Part shown: in pieces, positions 48,486-60,065 of the stretch | Numbering within the stretch: the first letter of the stretch is position 1 | Layout: each line of letters begins with the position of its first letter | Source of the DNA: Alphaproteobacteria bacterium | Lineage (GTDB): Bacteria; Pseudomonadota; Alphaproteobacteria; Bin95 | Assembly: GCA_964291285.2 (NCBI GenBank) | Contig: OZ219785.1 | Location: forward strand, 128,001 to 192,000 | Length of the DNA stretch: 64,000 nucleotides | Reading direction: 5' to 3' | The notes under the pieces: model-generated | What the model was told of the DNA's origin: nothing | Databases searched by the model: none | The model's input: only the letters and a program-made list of their open reading frames with translations | Translations under genes and position numbers: made by a program

Positions 48486-49856
48486 TCAGAAGTTGAGCGT
48501 GATGCCGGTCACGAAGGCGGTGCCCGAGACCCCGTCCTGCTCGCCGGTCATAAGCGTGGACCGCGATGCGACGCCCGGCGCCAGCGTGTAGCTCATGGAG
48601 AGCATGGTCGCGCTGACACTGGAGCCGTCATCGGCGTCGGCCATCATGTGGGCGAGGCTCACCGACATCGGGCCTTCCGAATACATCACGCCGGCGCTCG
48701 CCACCTCGTAGTCGGCGGCGGTGTTCTTCACCAGGACCGTCCGCGCGGTGTCGTTCGACGGGTCGTTGTTGTCGGCGGTCTCCCCGACAGCAGCGGTGTC
48801 AGCGTCGCCGTCATGATCCCAGGTATGGCCGTCCTCGACATTCATGATCGGGCTCTTTGCGACCATGTATTTGCCGCCGTCATGCTGGAGGTAGGCGGCA
48901 CTGAAACCGAACGATCCCATGCCGACCCGGATGCCGAAGTTGGTGAAGACATGGTCGTCGGCCTTCGAGGCCATGGTGTCGAGGGCACCCTTGTTCGAGG
49001 CCGCCGCCGCCGCTGCGTCGTTCGCCAGCACGGCGAGATCGCCGTCGGTGCCGCCGGCAACCGCCTTGTCGTAGGCTTCGATCGCCGCAACGTTTTCCAT
49101 GTAGGTGCCGACGGTGATGGCGTCATCGTTCGTGCCCGACTTGAGCATCTCCGACGCGCCGACCTGGCTGCGCTGGTAGTGGCCGATGGAGAGCGCAACG
49201 CTGGCGTCACCCATGTCGCCCTGGTAGTTCAGGCCGAGCGCCACCGCGTCATTGTCGTTGTTCACCGGCTTGCCGGCGCCGCTGTCCTCGACCGACTCCG
49301 GGCTGTAGGACAGGCCGAGCTGCACACCGCTCATGCGCGGCGTGTAGTAGGCGATCTTCTGGCTGTCGCCGGCGATGATCCACCCGGCGGTGCCGAGGCC
49401 CTTGCCGCCGCTTCTGGCGCAGGTGGTCAGGCCGTTGATGAACGAGGGATCGCCGCAGGCGAGGCCGACGCCGACATCCTGCACCGAATAGTGCATGAGC
49501 GCCGCCGGGTCGTCCTCGGACCCGAGCACGATCTGGCCGAACGAACCGCTGATCGTCGCCTGCGACTCGTCGATCACGTCAGCATGGGTGTTGCCCTCGA
49601 GCTCGAACTTGACCGAGAACCTCAGGCCGTTGTCCGCCTCCAGCGCGCCCCTGACGTAGAATTCGCTGTCCGAATACTGGCTGACGCCGCCGCTGCCGGC
49701 AGCATTGTTGTCCAGGTCGGACACGCCGATCCATTGCTGCATGTGGCCGCCCAGGCCCACGCTGAGCATGTCCGCAGCCGAAGCCGGCCCTGCGGCCATG
49801 ACTCCGGCGCATGCAAGCGCGCCGGCAGCCGCGGTCGTCGTGAGGAAATTTCTCAT
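48486..49856 (-). CDS. Alphaproteobacterial porin
   Basis: Signal peptide, DSEFYVRG..DNGL, YYTPRMSGVQLGLSY, C-terminal Phe. Confidence 0.88.
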   Translation of the reverse strand: MRNFLTTTAAAGALACAGVMAAGPASAADMLSVGLGGHMQQWIGVSDLDNNAAGSGGVSQYSDSEFYVRGALEADNGLRFSVKFELEGNTHADVIDESQATISGSFGQIVLGSEDDPAALMHYSVQDVGVGLACGDPSFINGLTTCARSGGKGLGTAGWIIAGDSQKIAYYTPRMSGVQLGLSYSPESVEDSGAGKPVNNDNDAVALGLNYQGDMGDASVALSIGHYQRSQVGASEMLKSGTNDDAITVGTYMENVAAIEAYDKAVAGGTDGDLAVLANDAAAAAASNKGALDTMASKADDHVFTNFGIRVGMGSFGFSAAYLQHDGGKYMVAKSPIMNVEDGHTWDHDGDADTAAVGETADNNDPSNDTARTVLVKNTAADYEVASAGVMYSEGPMSVSLAHMMADADDGSSVSATMLSMSYTLAPGVASRSTLMTGEQDGVSGTAFVTGITLNF

Positions 49857-49985
49857 AATCCCCGTTCTGCGACATTGCGGGCCGGCCGGACTGTGGCGTA
49901 AGCGCCCGGAACAGCGGGCGAAGGCATGCCGGTATGACCTTCTGCAATGCGTCAGCGGGAACGGATCGGCATATCCGGTTTCATG

Positions 49986-50015
49986 GCCTGCTGTTGCATT
50001 CGTGCAACAGCAGGC
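49986..50015. promoter_or_regulatory. Perfect 13-bp inverted repeat between the divergent porins
   Basis: GCCTGCTGTTGCA-TTCG-TGCAACAGCAGGC. Confidence 0.6.
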
Positions 50016-50139
50016 GGGTTTTTCCGCTGCTATGGAAACAGGGGTTGTGCGTCCGAGAACCTTGTCTATGCTCCCGAATCGGCTCCGCTATCGGGGCTAA
50101 TGAGACTGTGTTGCAACACACGGAAGGGAAACGGGGATT

Positions 50140-51213
50140 ATGAGAAAAGCCCTTATGACATCCGCCGCGCTTGCCTTCGCAGGCGCGATGGCTGCCGGCT
50201 CGGCTTCGGCGGCCGACAAACTCAATGTCGGCGTCGGCGGCTACATGCAGCAATGGTTCGGCATGTCCGATGTTGACGACCCGGCGAAGCCGGAGGTTGA
50301 GGGCGGCATCGCCCAGCAGTCCGACAGCGAAATCTTCATCAAGGGCAAGCTCGCGGCGGACAACGGCCTGACCTTCTCCGTCAAGGTCGAGATCGAAGGC
50401 AATTCCAACAAGATCGACGGGGCGAAGGACACGAAGCAAAGCACCGGCGTGATCGACGAATCGCAGGTCACGGTCAGCGGCGACTTCGGCTCGATCACGC
50501 TCGGCGCCGAGGACGGCGCGTCCACGCTCACCCATCACGGCAACCGGGACGTCGGCGTCTCCATGTATTGCGGCGATGTCGGGAAATGGATCAACGGCGT
50601 CGGCGGCTGCCCGTCGAAGAGCAAACAGGGCTTCGGCACCGGCGGCCACGCCATCGACGGGGACGACAACAAGATCAGCTATTTCTCGCCCCGCTTCAAC
50701 GGCGTGCAGTTCGGCGTTTCCTACACCCCGAACACCGGGCAGGAAGGCGGAGCGGAAGCGCTGAACAACAACGATGCGGACTCCTGGTCGATCGGCGGCA
50801 ACTATGTGGGCGATTTCGGCGGCGCCAGTGTCGCAATCTCCCTCGGCCACTACTCGGCGAGCACGGACACGGAGGACGACCACACCTTCTCGAATTTCGG
50901 CCTCCAGGTCGATCTGCCGAGCGGCATCGGCTTCGATCTCGCCGTTGCCGAGAATGACGATGGTGACGAGGCGAGCGACGCGGGTGACTACATGACCGCG
51001 AGCGCCGGCGTGAACTACACGGACGGCCCGATGGCGATAAGCCTCGGCCACTCGCTGACCGATGCCGACAGCGGCGTCGAGTCGGGTGTGACCATGCTCT
51101 CCCTGCAATACATGCTGGCGCCGGGCGTCACGTCGAGGACCTCCCTCTTCGCCGCCGAACAGGGCGATGTGGAAGGCACGGCCTTTGTGACCGGCTTCGT
51201 ACTCGGCTTCTGA
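50140..51213 (+). CDS. Porin, paralogue of 48486-49856
   Basis: GGYMQQWFG, DSEIFIKG..DNGL, YFSPRFNGVQFGVSY, C-terminal Phe. Confidence 0.88.
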   Translation: MRKALMTSAALAFAGAMAAGSASAADKLNVGVGGYMQQWFGMSDVDDPAKPEVEGGIAQQSDSEIFIKGKLAADNGLTFSVKVEIEGNSNKIDGAKDTKQSTGVIDESQVTVSGDFGSITLGAEDGASTLTHHGNRDVGVSMYCGDVGKWINGVGGCPSKSKQGFGTGGHAIDGDDNKISYFSPRFNGVQFGVSYTPNTGQEGGAEALNNNDADSWSIGGNYVGDFGGASVAISLGHYSASTDTEDDHTFSNFGLQVDLPSGIGFDLAVAENDDGDEASDAGDYMTASAGVNYTDGPMAISLGHSLTDADSGVESGVTMLSLQYMLAPGVTSRTSLFAAEQGDVEGTAFVTGFVLGF

Positions 51214-51301
51214 TCCGCGCGGCAATCCACACCACGGAGGAACGATCCAAACGGTTTGCCCGGCCGGCGCGGCCGGTCCGGGTTGAAAGGAGAAAGGTTC
51301 G

Positions 51302-54300
51302 ATGAGAACCATGAAACATTGGGCTCTGGCGGCAGCCGCCGCTGCGGCCTTGGGACTCGCAGGCTGCGGAGGGGGTGGAAGCTCGCCACAGGCGACAGGC
51401 CCGACCATGGAGCAGCAGCAGCAGATGGCTGCCGACGAGGCTATCAAGATGGCCATGGAGGCGGTTGACGAGCTCAACACGTCTTCGAGTGCTGAGGAGG
51501 TGGCGGCCGCCGATCAGGCGGTTATGGCCGCGAAGGACGCCGTCACGGCCGGCGCCGACCTTTCCGAAGAGGCCGTGACCGCGCTCAACATGCGCATCGC
51601 CGACATCGAGGGCGATCTGGCTCAGGTCAAGGCTGACCTGAAGGCCGTTGCCGACGGGAAGGCCGCGCAGGAGGAGCTGAGAAGGGCCGAGGAAGAAAAG
51701 CGCATGGCCGAAGAGGCGGCGGCGCGTGCCGCCATGGCCGCAAAGGGCAAGGCGCTCTACGGGAAACTTAGCCCGACTTCCGCAACTCGGCTTGAGAATC
51801 GACTGATTTGACGGTTTTCCGGCGCGAGAAGTGTCGGATTTCGGTGCAGTACCTCTCGGGACCGGCTTGTAGTGCCGACCTACCCCCTTGATCGGGCTGG
51901 CGAAGATCCGGACGCTGCGCTGATGTTCGTGCGCTGCAAGAGACGCTTCAAGGACGGCAAGGAGCACCGCTACTGGAGCGTTGTGGAGAACGTCCGGGTC
52001 CACGGCGGTCGGGTTGTTCAGCGTCAGGTGCTCTATCTCGGGGAGATCAACGACAGCCAGCGAGCGGCGTGGTGCCGCTCGATCGAGGTGGTGGAGGGCA
52101 AGTCGCGATCACGGCAGATGGCGCTGTTTCCCGAGGACCGGGAGGCGCCGGCGCTGACTTGCGAAGTGGTGAAGATCGACCTCTCGCAGGTGGCGCTTCA
52201 CGACCCGCGCCAGTGGGGGGCGTGCTGGCTGGCGCTGTCCTTGTGGGACCGCCTGGACCTGGACCGCTTCTGGGAAGAGCGGCTGCCGGCGAGCCGGCAA
52301 GGCACGCGGTGGCTGGACATCCTGAAGATCCAGGTCTGCTACCGGCTGATCGACCCGGGCAGCGAGTGGCGCCTTCACCGTCACTGGTATGAGCACAGCG
52401 CGCTTCGCGATCTTCTGGGTGGCGAGCGGGCGATCGCCGACGACACACTCTATCGCTGTCTCGACAAGCTGCTGGCGCACAAGCAGGGCTTCTTCTCGTT
52501 TCTGCGCGACCGCTGGGCGACGCTGTTCGAGGCGCGCTTCGACGTGCTGCTCTACGACCTGACCTCGACCTACTTCGAGAGCGATCCGCCGTTCGATGAC
52601 AAGCGCCGCTTCGGCTACAGCCGGGACAAGCGGCCCGACTGCGTGCAGGTGGTGATCGCCCTGATCGTTACGCCGCAGGGCTTTCCGCTGGCCTATGAGG
52701 TGATGCCGGGCAACACCTCCGACGACACCACGCTGGCGGCGTTCCTCAAGAAGATCGAGGATCAGTATGGCCGCTCCGAGCGGGTGTGGATCATGGACCG
52801 CGGCATCCCCACCGAGGAGACGCTGGCCGCGATGCGCGAGGGCGAGGCGCCGGTGCGCTACCTGGTGGGCACGCCCAAGGGCCGGCTGACGCGGCTCGAG
52901 AAGGTGTTCCTGGGCCTGCCCTGGCAGGAGGTGCGCCAGTCCGTGACTGTCAAGCTTCTGGTCGAGGATGGCGAGCTCTACGTCCTGGTGCGCAGCGAGG
53001 GGCGGCAGGTGAAGGAACGCGGCATGCGCCGGCGCCGGCTGAAGAGGCTGTGGCGTCGATTGGCCGAGTTGCAAGGGCAGTCGAACAGCCGGGATCAGTT
53101 GTTGCTCAAGCTCGGCGCCGCCAGGAAGGAGGCCGGCCGGGCCTGGAGCCTGGTCGACATCACCGTGCCCGGGACCGACAGCGAACTCGCCGCCAACGGC
53201 TTCTCATTCCGCCTGCAGCGCGACCGGCTGCGCCAGGTCCGCCGCCGCGAGGGCCGTTACCTGCTGCGATCCAACATGGTCGCCGAAGACCCCGCCACGC
53301 TGTGGCATCTGTACATGCAGCTCGTCGAGATCGAGCAGGCGTTCAAGGAACTCAAGCACGACCTCGCGATCCGCCCCATCTTCCATCAGCGCCAAGAGCG
53401 CATCGAGGCGCATATCTTCGTCTCGTTCATCGCCTACTGCCTGCTGGTGACCCTGAAGAACCTCGCCCGGCCGCGCGCCCCGGGCCTCACCCCACGCGCC
53501 ATCCTTGAGGCCTTCGCCACCATCCAGATGGTGGACGTCCATCTGCCAACCACCGACGGCCGGCACCTCGTCCTGCCGCGCCACACCCGGCCGAACAAGG
53601 AGCACGAGCTACTGCTGCAACAGCTCGGCATGACCTGGCCGCAGCAACCCGCACCCCGGATCTCCGCCTGACGGCACACGGCGCCGCCTCTCCGTTCGCC
53701 GCCTTGTAGTGCCGACCCTCGGGGAGACGATCAAGGCTATTCAATGAGTTAGCATCCTCATGACCCCCGAGTTGCGGAAGTCGGGTTAGTCGTGCCGGCT
53801 CGTTCAAGGTGGCCGACATAATGGCCGACGGCAAGATCAGCATTGAAGGAACGCTCTCGCCCGCTTTGGAAGGCTCCGACACCAGCCTGACCGATCTCAA
53901 AAAGCAGGATGCCGCCGTTGCCGCCATCGGCGGTTGGAGCGGCGCGGACTATATGAAGACCACCGGGTCGGGCCATAACAAGGTCACGGCAACGGCGCGG
54001 GTCTATTCAAACGCGGGAAGCGCCACGTCAAAACCGTTCACGCACAAGGACAATCCCTCCGGCCTGAATGTGCCTGCATCGGGGAACGCCTATGGCGGAT
54101 CGAGCGGAAGCAATGGTATCGAGCTTACCAACACGGCGGCGGCCGAGCACATTGATGGCGCTTCATTTCCGGAAGGGGGCCTGATGAGCTATCCCGAGGG
54201 CGAACGCAAATTCGCGGGCACCTACAAGGGAGCCTCCGGCACCTATATGTGTTCGGGCGCTACCTGCACGGCTGCGCCGGTAAACAGCGGCGGCTTTACC

Positions 54301-54981
54301 CTCGTCGGTGCTTGGACCTTCACCCCGGCGGCGGACGCGATGGTGCAGCAGGAGGACACGACATATCTGTACTTCGGATGGTGGCTGCGCGAAGACGATC
54401 ACGGTCCGACCCACGCCGGCGTGTCCTATCGGATGATCGCCCCTTCAACGGCGCCGGTCCCCGTGACCGATGTCACCACCCTTACGGGAACCGCAGACTA
54501 CGCGGGCAAGGCAGTCGGCAAATTCGCCATCAACAATCCGCTCGGCAGCGACAGCGATGCGGGCCATTTCACTGCCGATGCCATGTTGAAAGCCACGTTC
54601 GGGCCGACCTCAACGGACGACAACAAGATCGGCCTCACCGGAAGGATTGATGGCTTCCGGCTGAACGATGGCGACGTCGATCCGGGCTGGAGCCTGGACT
54701 TGAAAAGGGCCAGAGCTACTGCCGCCGGATACAGTCTTAACGGCGGGAGTGCCACCCACGACTCCGCCAGAGATGACTCTCAAATCAAAGGCACAGCCGT
54801 TGAATGGTCCATCGGCGGAACGGCGTCACCAGGGCAAACCGGAGCATGGCAAGCCCATCTGTATGACGACAACGCCAAGGACAACAGCACTGTGCCGACC
54901 GTCGCCGGCGGCAGCTTCATGGCCGGTTTCGGCGGGACTCACGAAATGGTCGGAGCCTTCGGCGCAGAGAAGCAGGACTAA
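51302..54981 (+). pseudogene. TbpB-like surface lipoprotein interrupted by IS1634
   Basis: LAGC lipobox; YGKL|SRAGSFKVADI rejoins in frame across the TTAG TSD; YLYFGWW, GTADYAGKAVGK, MVGAFGA. Confidence 0.88.
51772..53785 (+). mobile_element. IS1634-family element
   Basis: 19-bp IRs CCCGACTTCCGCAACTCGG; TSD TTAG; transposase ending 53671 (YDLTSTYFE, GYSRDKRPD, MDRG). Confidence 0.93.
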
Positions 54982-55118
54982 CGCCTGACGGAACGGGCGG
55001 TTGCGGAAACCACGGGTCGTAATCCCGGCCCTCCTTTCGCCGCAGCCGCCCTGCCCCGGTCTCCCAGCCGGGGCTCGGGGTCGGCGTCAGTGTTGCCAGT
55101 GGCACCGCCCCACTCTCA

Positions 55119-55150
55119 CCCGGCGGGGTCCGCCCCGCCGGGTTTTCTTT
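55119..55150 (+). terminator. Rho-independent terminator
   Basis: CCCGGCGGGG-TCCG-CCCCGCCGGG followed by TTTTCTTT. Confidence 0.75.
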
Positions 55151-55176
55151 ACCTGCCGCAGAAAGAAATCGGGACC

Positions 55177-55344
55177 ATGGATGAACACGAAAGAGAGGCC
55201 TGGGATCGGTTTGCGGCCCATGCCGTCGCCGGCATTCTGGCTGGCCGCCCTCTGGGGTTCGAGGTGCCCGAACAGCAGATTGCCAACAGGGCGGCGGTGA
55301 TTGCCGACGCCCTCCTGGAGGAGCGCCGGGAGCGCTCGCAATAA
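55177..55344 (+). CDS. Small hypothetical protein
   Basis: 55 aa, WDRFAAHAVAG...ADALLEER; sits directly before slam. Confidence 0.6.
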   Translation: MDEHEREAWDRFAAHAVAGILAGRPLGFEVPEQQIANRAAVIADALLEERRERSQ

Positions 55345-55354
55345 GGGGAGCGCC

Positions 55355-56650
55355 GTGACCCGCCTGCTCTACTCCGTGCTCATCCTCGGCGCGGCCCTGC
55401 TCGTCTTCGCTACCGTCGCTCACGGGCAGGCCGCTCGTAACGATGGCGCCGCGCCGAATGCCGCAAACGACGACATCGCCGCCCGCTTCGAGGCCGGCAT
55501 GGCCGCCATGACGGACGGCGCACGCCTGCCGGAGGCCGAGCGCGAGGCGAAGCTGGACGGGGCGATCGCGCTGTTCCGCTCGATCCTGGTGGACGACCCC
55601 GCGCTGGTGCGCGTGCGGCTGGAGCTGGCCCGCGCGTTCTTCCTGAAGGGCGAGGACACGCTTGCCCGCCGACATTTCCGCCTTGTGCTGGCCGGCAAGC
55701 CGCCCGAGGCCGTCGCCGCCAACATCGCCCGCTTCCTGCGCATCATGCGCGCGCGCCGGCGCTGGAGCGCGTATTTCGGTGCGGCGCTCGCGCCCGACAG
55801 CAACCTCAACGCCGCCTCGGGCACGCGGACCATCTGGCTCGACTTCGCGGGGCAGCGCCTGCCCTTCCAGCGCCAGGGCGACATCGGGGCCCGGTCCGGC
55901 GTCGGCGTTTCGGCCTGGGGCGGCGGCGAATACCAGTATCCGCTTTCGCCGGTCCTTCGCCTTCGCGCCGGGGCGGGGGCCTCGGTCCGCGAATACAAGG
56001 GCCGGGATTTCGACCGGCGGTCCGCCCATGCCCATATCGGCCCGCGCCGGCTGCTCGGCCCGCGCAGCGAAGCGAGCCTGCTGGCCACGGTCAGCCGGCA
56101 ATGGAGCGCCGGTGTGCCCGACACGGACGAATTCGGCGTCCGCCTCGAAGGCGAACACCGGCTGACGCCGCGCCTGGCGCTCGACGGCCGCGCGGGACTG
56201 CGCCGGCGCAATGTGCGGGACCGCGACTGGCTGGACGGCCCGGTAGGCGAGGTCGGGATCGGCGCGTCCTGGGTGGCGCTCTCGGTGCTGCGGCTGGACG
56301 CGCGGGCCGAACACCACTGGAGCCGGGCGAACAGCGAGCACTGGCGCACGCGCGGCCCGAGCGCGAGCCTCGGCGCGAGCCTGGCGCTGCCGGCGGGCTT
56401 CACCCTGGGTGCGCGCGCGGCCATGCAGTGGACGGACTATGGCGGCAGCGGCGCCGCTCACCACACCATCGACGGCGAGCCGCGCGAGGACCGCACGACG
56501 ACGCTCTCGCTCTCGGTCCACAACCGCGCGGTGACGGTGCTCGGGTTCAGCCCGCGCCTGTCGCTGGTCCGCGAGGAGCGCAAGACCAACGCCCAGACCC
56601 TCGACTACGACCGCAACCGCGCGGAGCTCAGCTTCGTAAGGCAGTTTTGA
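55355..56650 (+). CDS. Slam (surface lipoprotein assembly modifier)
   Basis: Signal peptide, TPR (RVRLELARAFF), DSNLN, beta-barrel ending RQF. Confidence 0.88.
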   Translation: MTRLLYSVLILGAALLVFATVAHGQAARNDGAAPNAANDDIAARFEAGMAAMTDGARLPEAEREAKLDGAIALFRSILVDDPALVRVRLELARAFFLKGEDTLARRHFRLVLAGKPPEAVAANIARFLRIMRARRRWSAYFGAALAPDSNLNAASGTRTIWLDFAGQRLPFQRQGDIGARSGVGVSAWGGGEYQYPLSPVLRLRAGAGASVREYKGRDFDRRSAHAHIGPRRLLGPRSEASLLATVSRQWSAGVPDTDEFGVRLEGEHRLTPRLALDGRAGLRRRNVRDRDWLDGPVGEVGIGASWVALSVLRLDARAEHHWSRANSEHWRTRGPSASLGASLALPAGFTLGARAAMQWTDYGGSGAAHHTIDGEPREDRTTTLSLSVHNRAVTVLGFSPRLSLVREERKTNAQTLDYDRNRAELSFVRQF

Positions 56651-56667
56651 GAGGAGGTCCTGGCGAC

Positions 56668-58173
56668 ATGCACGCATGCAGAAACCTGATGGTCATCTGG
56701 ACGGCGGTTCTGGTTCTGGGACTGGCGGCCTGCGGCGGCGGCGGCGGCAGCTCGCCGTCGCCGGCGGCAAAGGCTGCTGCCAAGCAACAGGCGGAGGTCA
56801 GCCGGGCTATCCAGGACGCGACGAAGGCGGTCCTGGAGCTGGGCGACAGCGCGACCGAAGCGGACTTCGAGGCCGCCGGGGCCGCAATCGAGACGGCGAG
56901 GAAGGCGCTGGAAGGTGCCGACGCCCTGTCCGACTCCGTAAAGGACGAGCTGTCCGCCGAGATTTCGTTGCTCGAAACGAACCTCGCGAGTGCGAAGAGG
57001 CGCGTTGAGGATGCCCGCCGGGAGCGGCGGCGGCGGACTGCGGAAGAGGCCAGGAAGCTGACGGCGGCGATGTCCGGGACCCGGATAACCGGAATCGGGG
57101 CCGTGCTGGCGTACGGCGAGGCCCCGCGCATGTCGGGAACGATGCCGGGCAGCCCGGCGACAGCGGTCACAGGGTTGGAAACCGCAGCTGCCGGCGGCGC
57201 ATCGACGGTGAGCGGCTGGAAGCGGGGCCGCTACACGGCGACCGGGGAAACGACTGCGGACACGGTAACGCTCTACACCAACATTGCCCCTCCGGGCAGC
57301 CGCCCGTTCAGCGGCGAGAACGGTAAATACAGTGCCGACAACGGGCTGGACGACGAAGGCAACCTGCCGATTGGGGAAAGCACTGACACGACGCTGATCG
57401 TCTCTTCCGGGTTCCCCGACGGGCCGGGGCTGCGGCCCCATGAGCCCGGTGCGGGTGGAACGGTGCTGGTGCCGGGCAGCTTCGACGGCGCGCCGGGCAC
57501 CTTTGTCTGCGCGCCGGCACAGGGAAGCACCTGCACGTCCTCGATTAGGGATGGCGGGGGCTACACCTTGACCGGCGGCGACTGGAAGTTCGTGCCGGCG
57601 GACGGTGCCCGGGTTCCGGAACCGGACGGGGAATACCAGTATTTCGGGTGGTGGCTTCGGGAGGCGGCCGGCGTCTATGCCCTCGGCGCCTTCCATGCCG
57701 GCGCGGGCGGTGCGGTAGACGAATTTGCCGATCTCGCGGAGCTGCAGGGCACGGCGACCTATCGCGGCCCTGCGGTCGGCAAATTCGCAATCCAGCGGCC
57801 GCTCGGCGAGGTGGAGGCAGGCGACTTCACCGCCACGGCAACACTGGAAGTGGATTTCGGGGACAGCGCCGCTCCCGGCACCGTCGAGGGCGAGGTCGGC
57901 GACTTCATGGTCGGCGGCGTGGCGCAGGACTGGTCGGTCGAGCTCGGGTCGGCGGCGATCAGCACGCATGGTGCGATCTTCTCGAACCAGACCGACACGG
58001 CGCTCACCCGATGGACCATGGCGGGAACGGAGGCCGAGACGACAGCGACATGGAGCGGCCAGTTCCACGACACCGACCTGGACAAGACCCCGGTTGTCGC
58101 AACCGGCAGGTTTGACGCCGTGCACGGCACCATCGGCCGCATGACCGGCGCCTTCGGAACCACCAAGCGGTAA
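56668..58173 (+). CDS. TbpB-like surface lipoprotein
   Basis: LAAC lipobox, YQYFGWW, GTATYRGPAVGK, MTGAFG. Confidence 0.87.
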   Translation: MHACRNLMVIWTAVLVLGLAACGGGGGSSPSPAAKAAAKQQAEVSRAIQDATKAVLELGDSATEADFEAAGAAIETARKALEGADALSDSVKDELSAEISLLETNLASAKRRVEDARRERRRRTAEEARKLTAAMSGTRITGIGAVLAYGEAPRMSGTMPGSPATAVTGLETAAAGGASTVSGWKRGRYTATGETTADTVTLYTNIAPPGSRPFSGENGKYSADNGLDDEGNLPIGESTDTTLIVSSGFPDGPGLRPHEPGAGGTVLVPGSFDGAPGTFVCAPAQGSTCTSSIRDGGGYTLTGGDWKFVPADGARVPEPDGEYQYFGWWLREAAGVYALGAFHAGAGGAVDEFADLAELQGTATYRGPAVGKFAIQRPLGEVEAGDFTATATLEVDFGDSAAPGTVEGEVGDFMVGGVAQDWSVELGSAAISTHGAIFSNQTDTALTRWTMAGTEAETTATWSGQFHDTDLDKTPVVATGRFDAVHGTIGRMTGAFGTTKR

Positions 58174-58304
58174 ACGGAGCGTGATCGCGCGGCAGGGCGG
58201 CAATCGTCCGGCAGCAGTGCCGGCGACGGCTCGGGCATGGCCGCTCCCGCCCGGCAAAGGTGCAGCCAGCCAGCCGGAAGACCGAAGGACCTGGCAAGAG
58301 GCAG

Positions 58305-59458
58305 TCAGGGAAAGGCTGTATCCATGACCCGCGACATCACGGTACCGACGCGCTCCGCAGCGGCCTCGATGTCGCGGTCCGCCAGATGGGCATCGCGCAG
58401 CGTCATCCGCACATTGGAGTGGCCAAGCAGGCGGGAGACGACCGGCACCGGAACGCCGTTCATGACCGCGTGGCTGGCGACCCCGTGTCGAAGATCGTGG
58501 AGGCGGACGTCCCCGATTCCGGCCTCCCGGCGAACCCGATACCAAAGTCCAAGTTCAGCATTGCGCGGCCTGGCGGGATCGGACGGCGAAGGAAACACGA
58601 AGGGGCTGTGGCTGCGGGGCTGGCGTTCGAGAATACGGCGGGCCTGGCTGTTGATGGGAACCTTTCTCGGACCCGTCTTGCTGTCGCCCAGGGCCAGCAT
58701 GTCGTCCTGTATCTCGGTCCAGCGCAGATTGACGATCTCACCCCTGCGGCAACCGGTGAGCAGAAGCAGCCGGATGATGTCGGCCTGTTGCTTGTCGCTC
58801 TCGCGGGTCTGCCTGTCGAGAGCCTCGTGCAGGCGGGCAATTTCCCCCCGCGACAGGAACCGGGTGAGCGCCGGGCGGCGGTTCCGTTTGAGGCCCTTGG
58901 TGGGATTGCTCTTTGCGTGACCGCAGGCTACGGCGAAATTCATGATCTGCCGCAGCATCTCAAGCGTGCGATTGGCCCCGCCCGGAGCGGTTCGGCTGTA
59001 CCGCTCGAACCAGCGCCTTACCTCTGCCGAGGTTATGCGGTCCAGAGGTTTCGTTCCGAACGCCGGAAGCAGCCGGGTGTTGAGACGGTAGGAGGCGGAA
59101 CGCCGGGTTGACGGCTTGTAGCAGTCGAAATGGGTTTCCTTCCAGGGTCCAGCGACGAAGTCCCGGAGAAGAGGAACTACGGGCGCCGGTGCCGCGGTTT
59201 CCTCCGGCTCCAGCGTCGCCCGGCGGGATTGCATTCCCGGCGGGCCTCGTCGACGGTTTTCGTGGAGACCGGGCCGAGCGACATGCGCTTCGAACGTCTG
59301 CCGGAGTCCTGCAGCAGAACCCAGCTTTGCCCGCCGGAAGGCCGGACCCGGACCCCGAGGCCGGGCACGCGGCTGTCCCAGACGGTATATTCCCGCTCGC
59401 GGGGACGGAGACGGACGATAGCGGCGTCGGTGAGATTCATGCGTTCCCTGGCGGCCAT
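58305..59458 (-). pseudogene. Tyrosine integrase, frameshifted, catalytic Tyr lost
   Basis: Arm domain (WDSRVPGLGVRV) is out of frame with the core near 59225; TGCR, SKTG, HDLRH, LGH, then MTLRDAH instead of RYAH. Confidence 0.85.
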
Positions 59459-59461
59459 GGG

Positions 59462-59690
59462 TCAGCTTCCTCCCAGCACGGCGCCGACCGTCTCGGCGGC
59501 GTCCCGGATCATGGCGTCAGCGGCATGCGTGTATTTCAGCGTCGTTTCCGGCTTTCGATGGCCGAGCAGCCTGCCGATAGCGAGCACTGTCTCACCCTGC
59601 CGGAGCGCCAGGCTCGCATGCGTGTGACGCAGGTCATGGAGGTGGACGTCCTTGATGTCGGCTCTTCACCTCCGCATTCGATACCAGAGC
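59462..59690 (-). pseudogene. C-terminal remnant of a tandem upstream integrase
   Basis: LHDLRHTHAS...LLGHRKPETTLKYTH. Confidence 0.8.
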
Positions 59691-60065
59691 GACAGTTCCG
59701 GACTGCGCGGTCGAAACGGATCCCGTGGTGAGGAATGGCCATCACCGATTGCGAAATCCCGATAGAGATGGCATCTTGACGCTCCGCAGGACGCTGCCAT
59801 GCCAATACCACTAGGTGCATAACACGTACACATGCTCCGTTTCTATCCACCCTCACGGCCATGCTGCTCCTCCCTGTCATGGAGTAGAGAGACTGGTATC
59901 CAGCCGCTTCAGGACTCACGACCCATTTGCAAGGCCCATCCTACCCTTAGCCAAGTCTCTAGCTATCTTTAGGAGCCAACCCAACAAGTCCCCCACACTG
60001 CCGCGCAAACCTCACTGACCTGACATCCCATGCGTTCTTGCTGGCCCTTGCTTCTGGTTTTTTTT

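Noticed and set aside
46481-58173. Diversity-generating retroelement or shufflon acting on the lipoproteins
   Set aside because: No reverse transcriptase, no adenine-specific TR/VR pair, and the adjacent recombinase is inactivated.
59700-60060. Lower-GC stretch as ncRNA or gene
   Set aside because: No convincing ORF or structure; probably a fragment left by IS activity.
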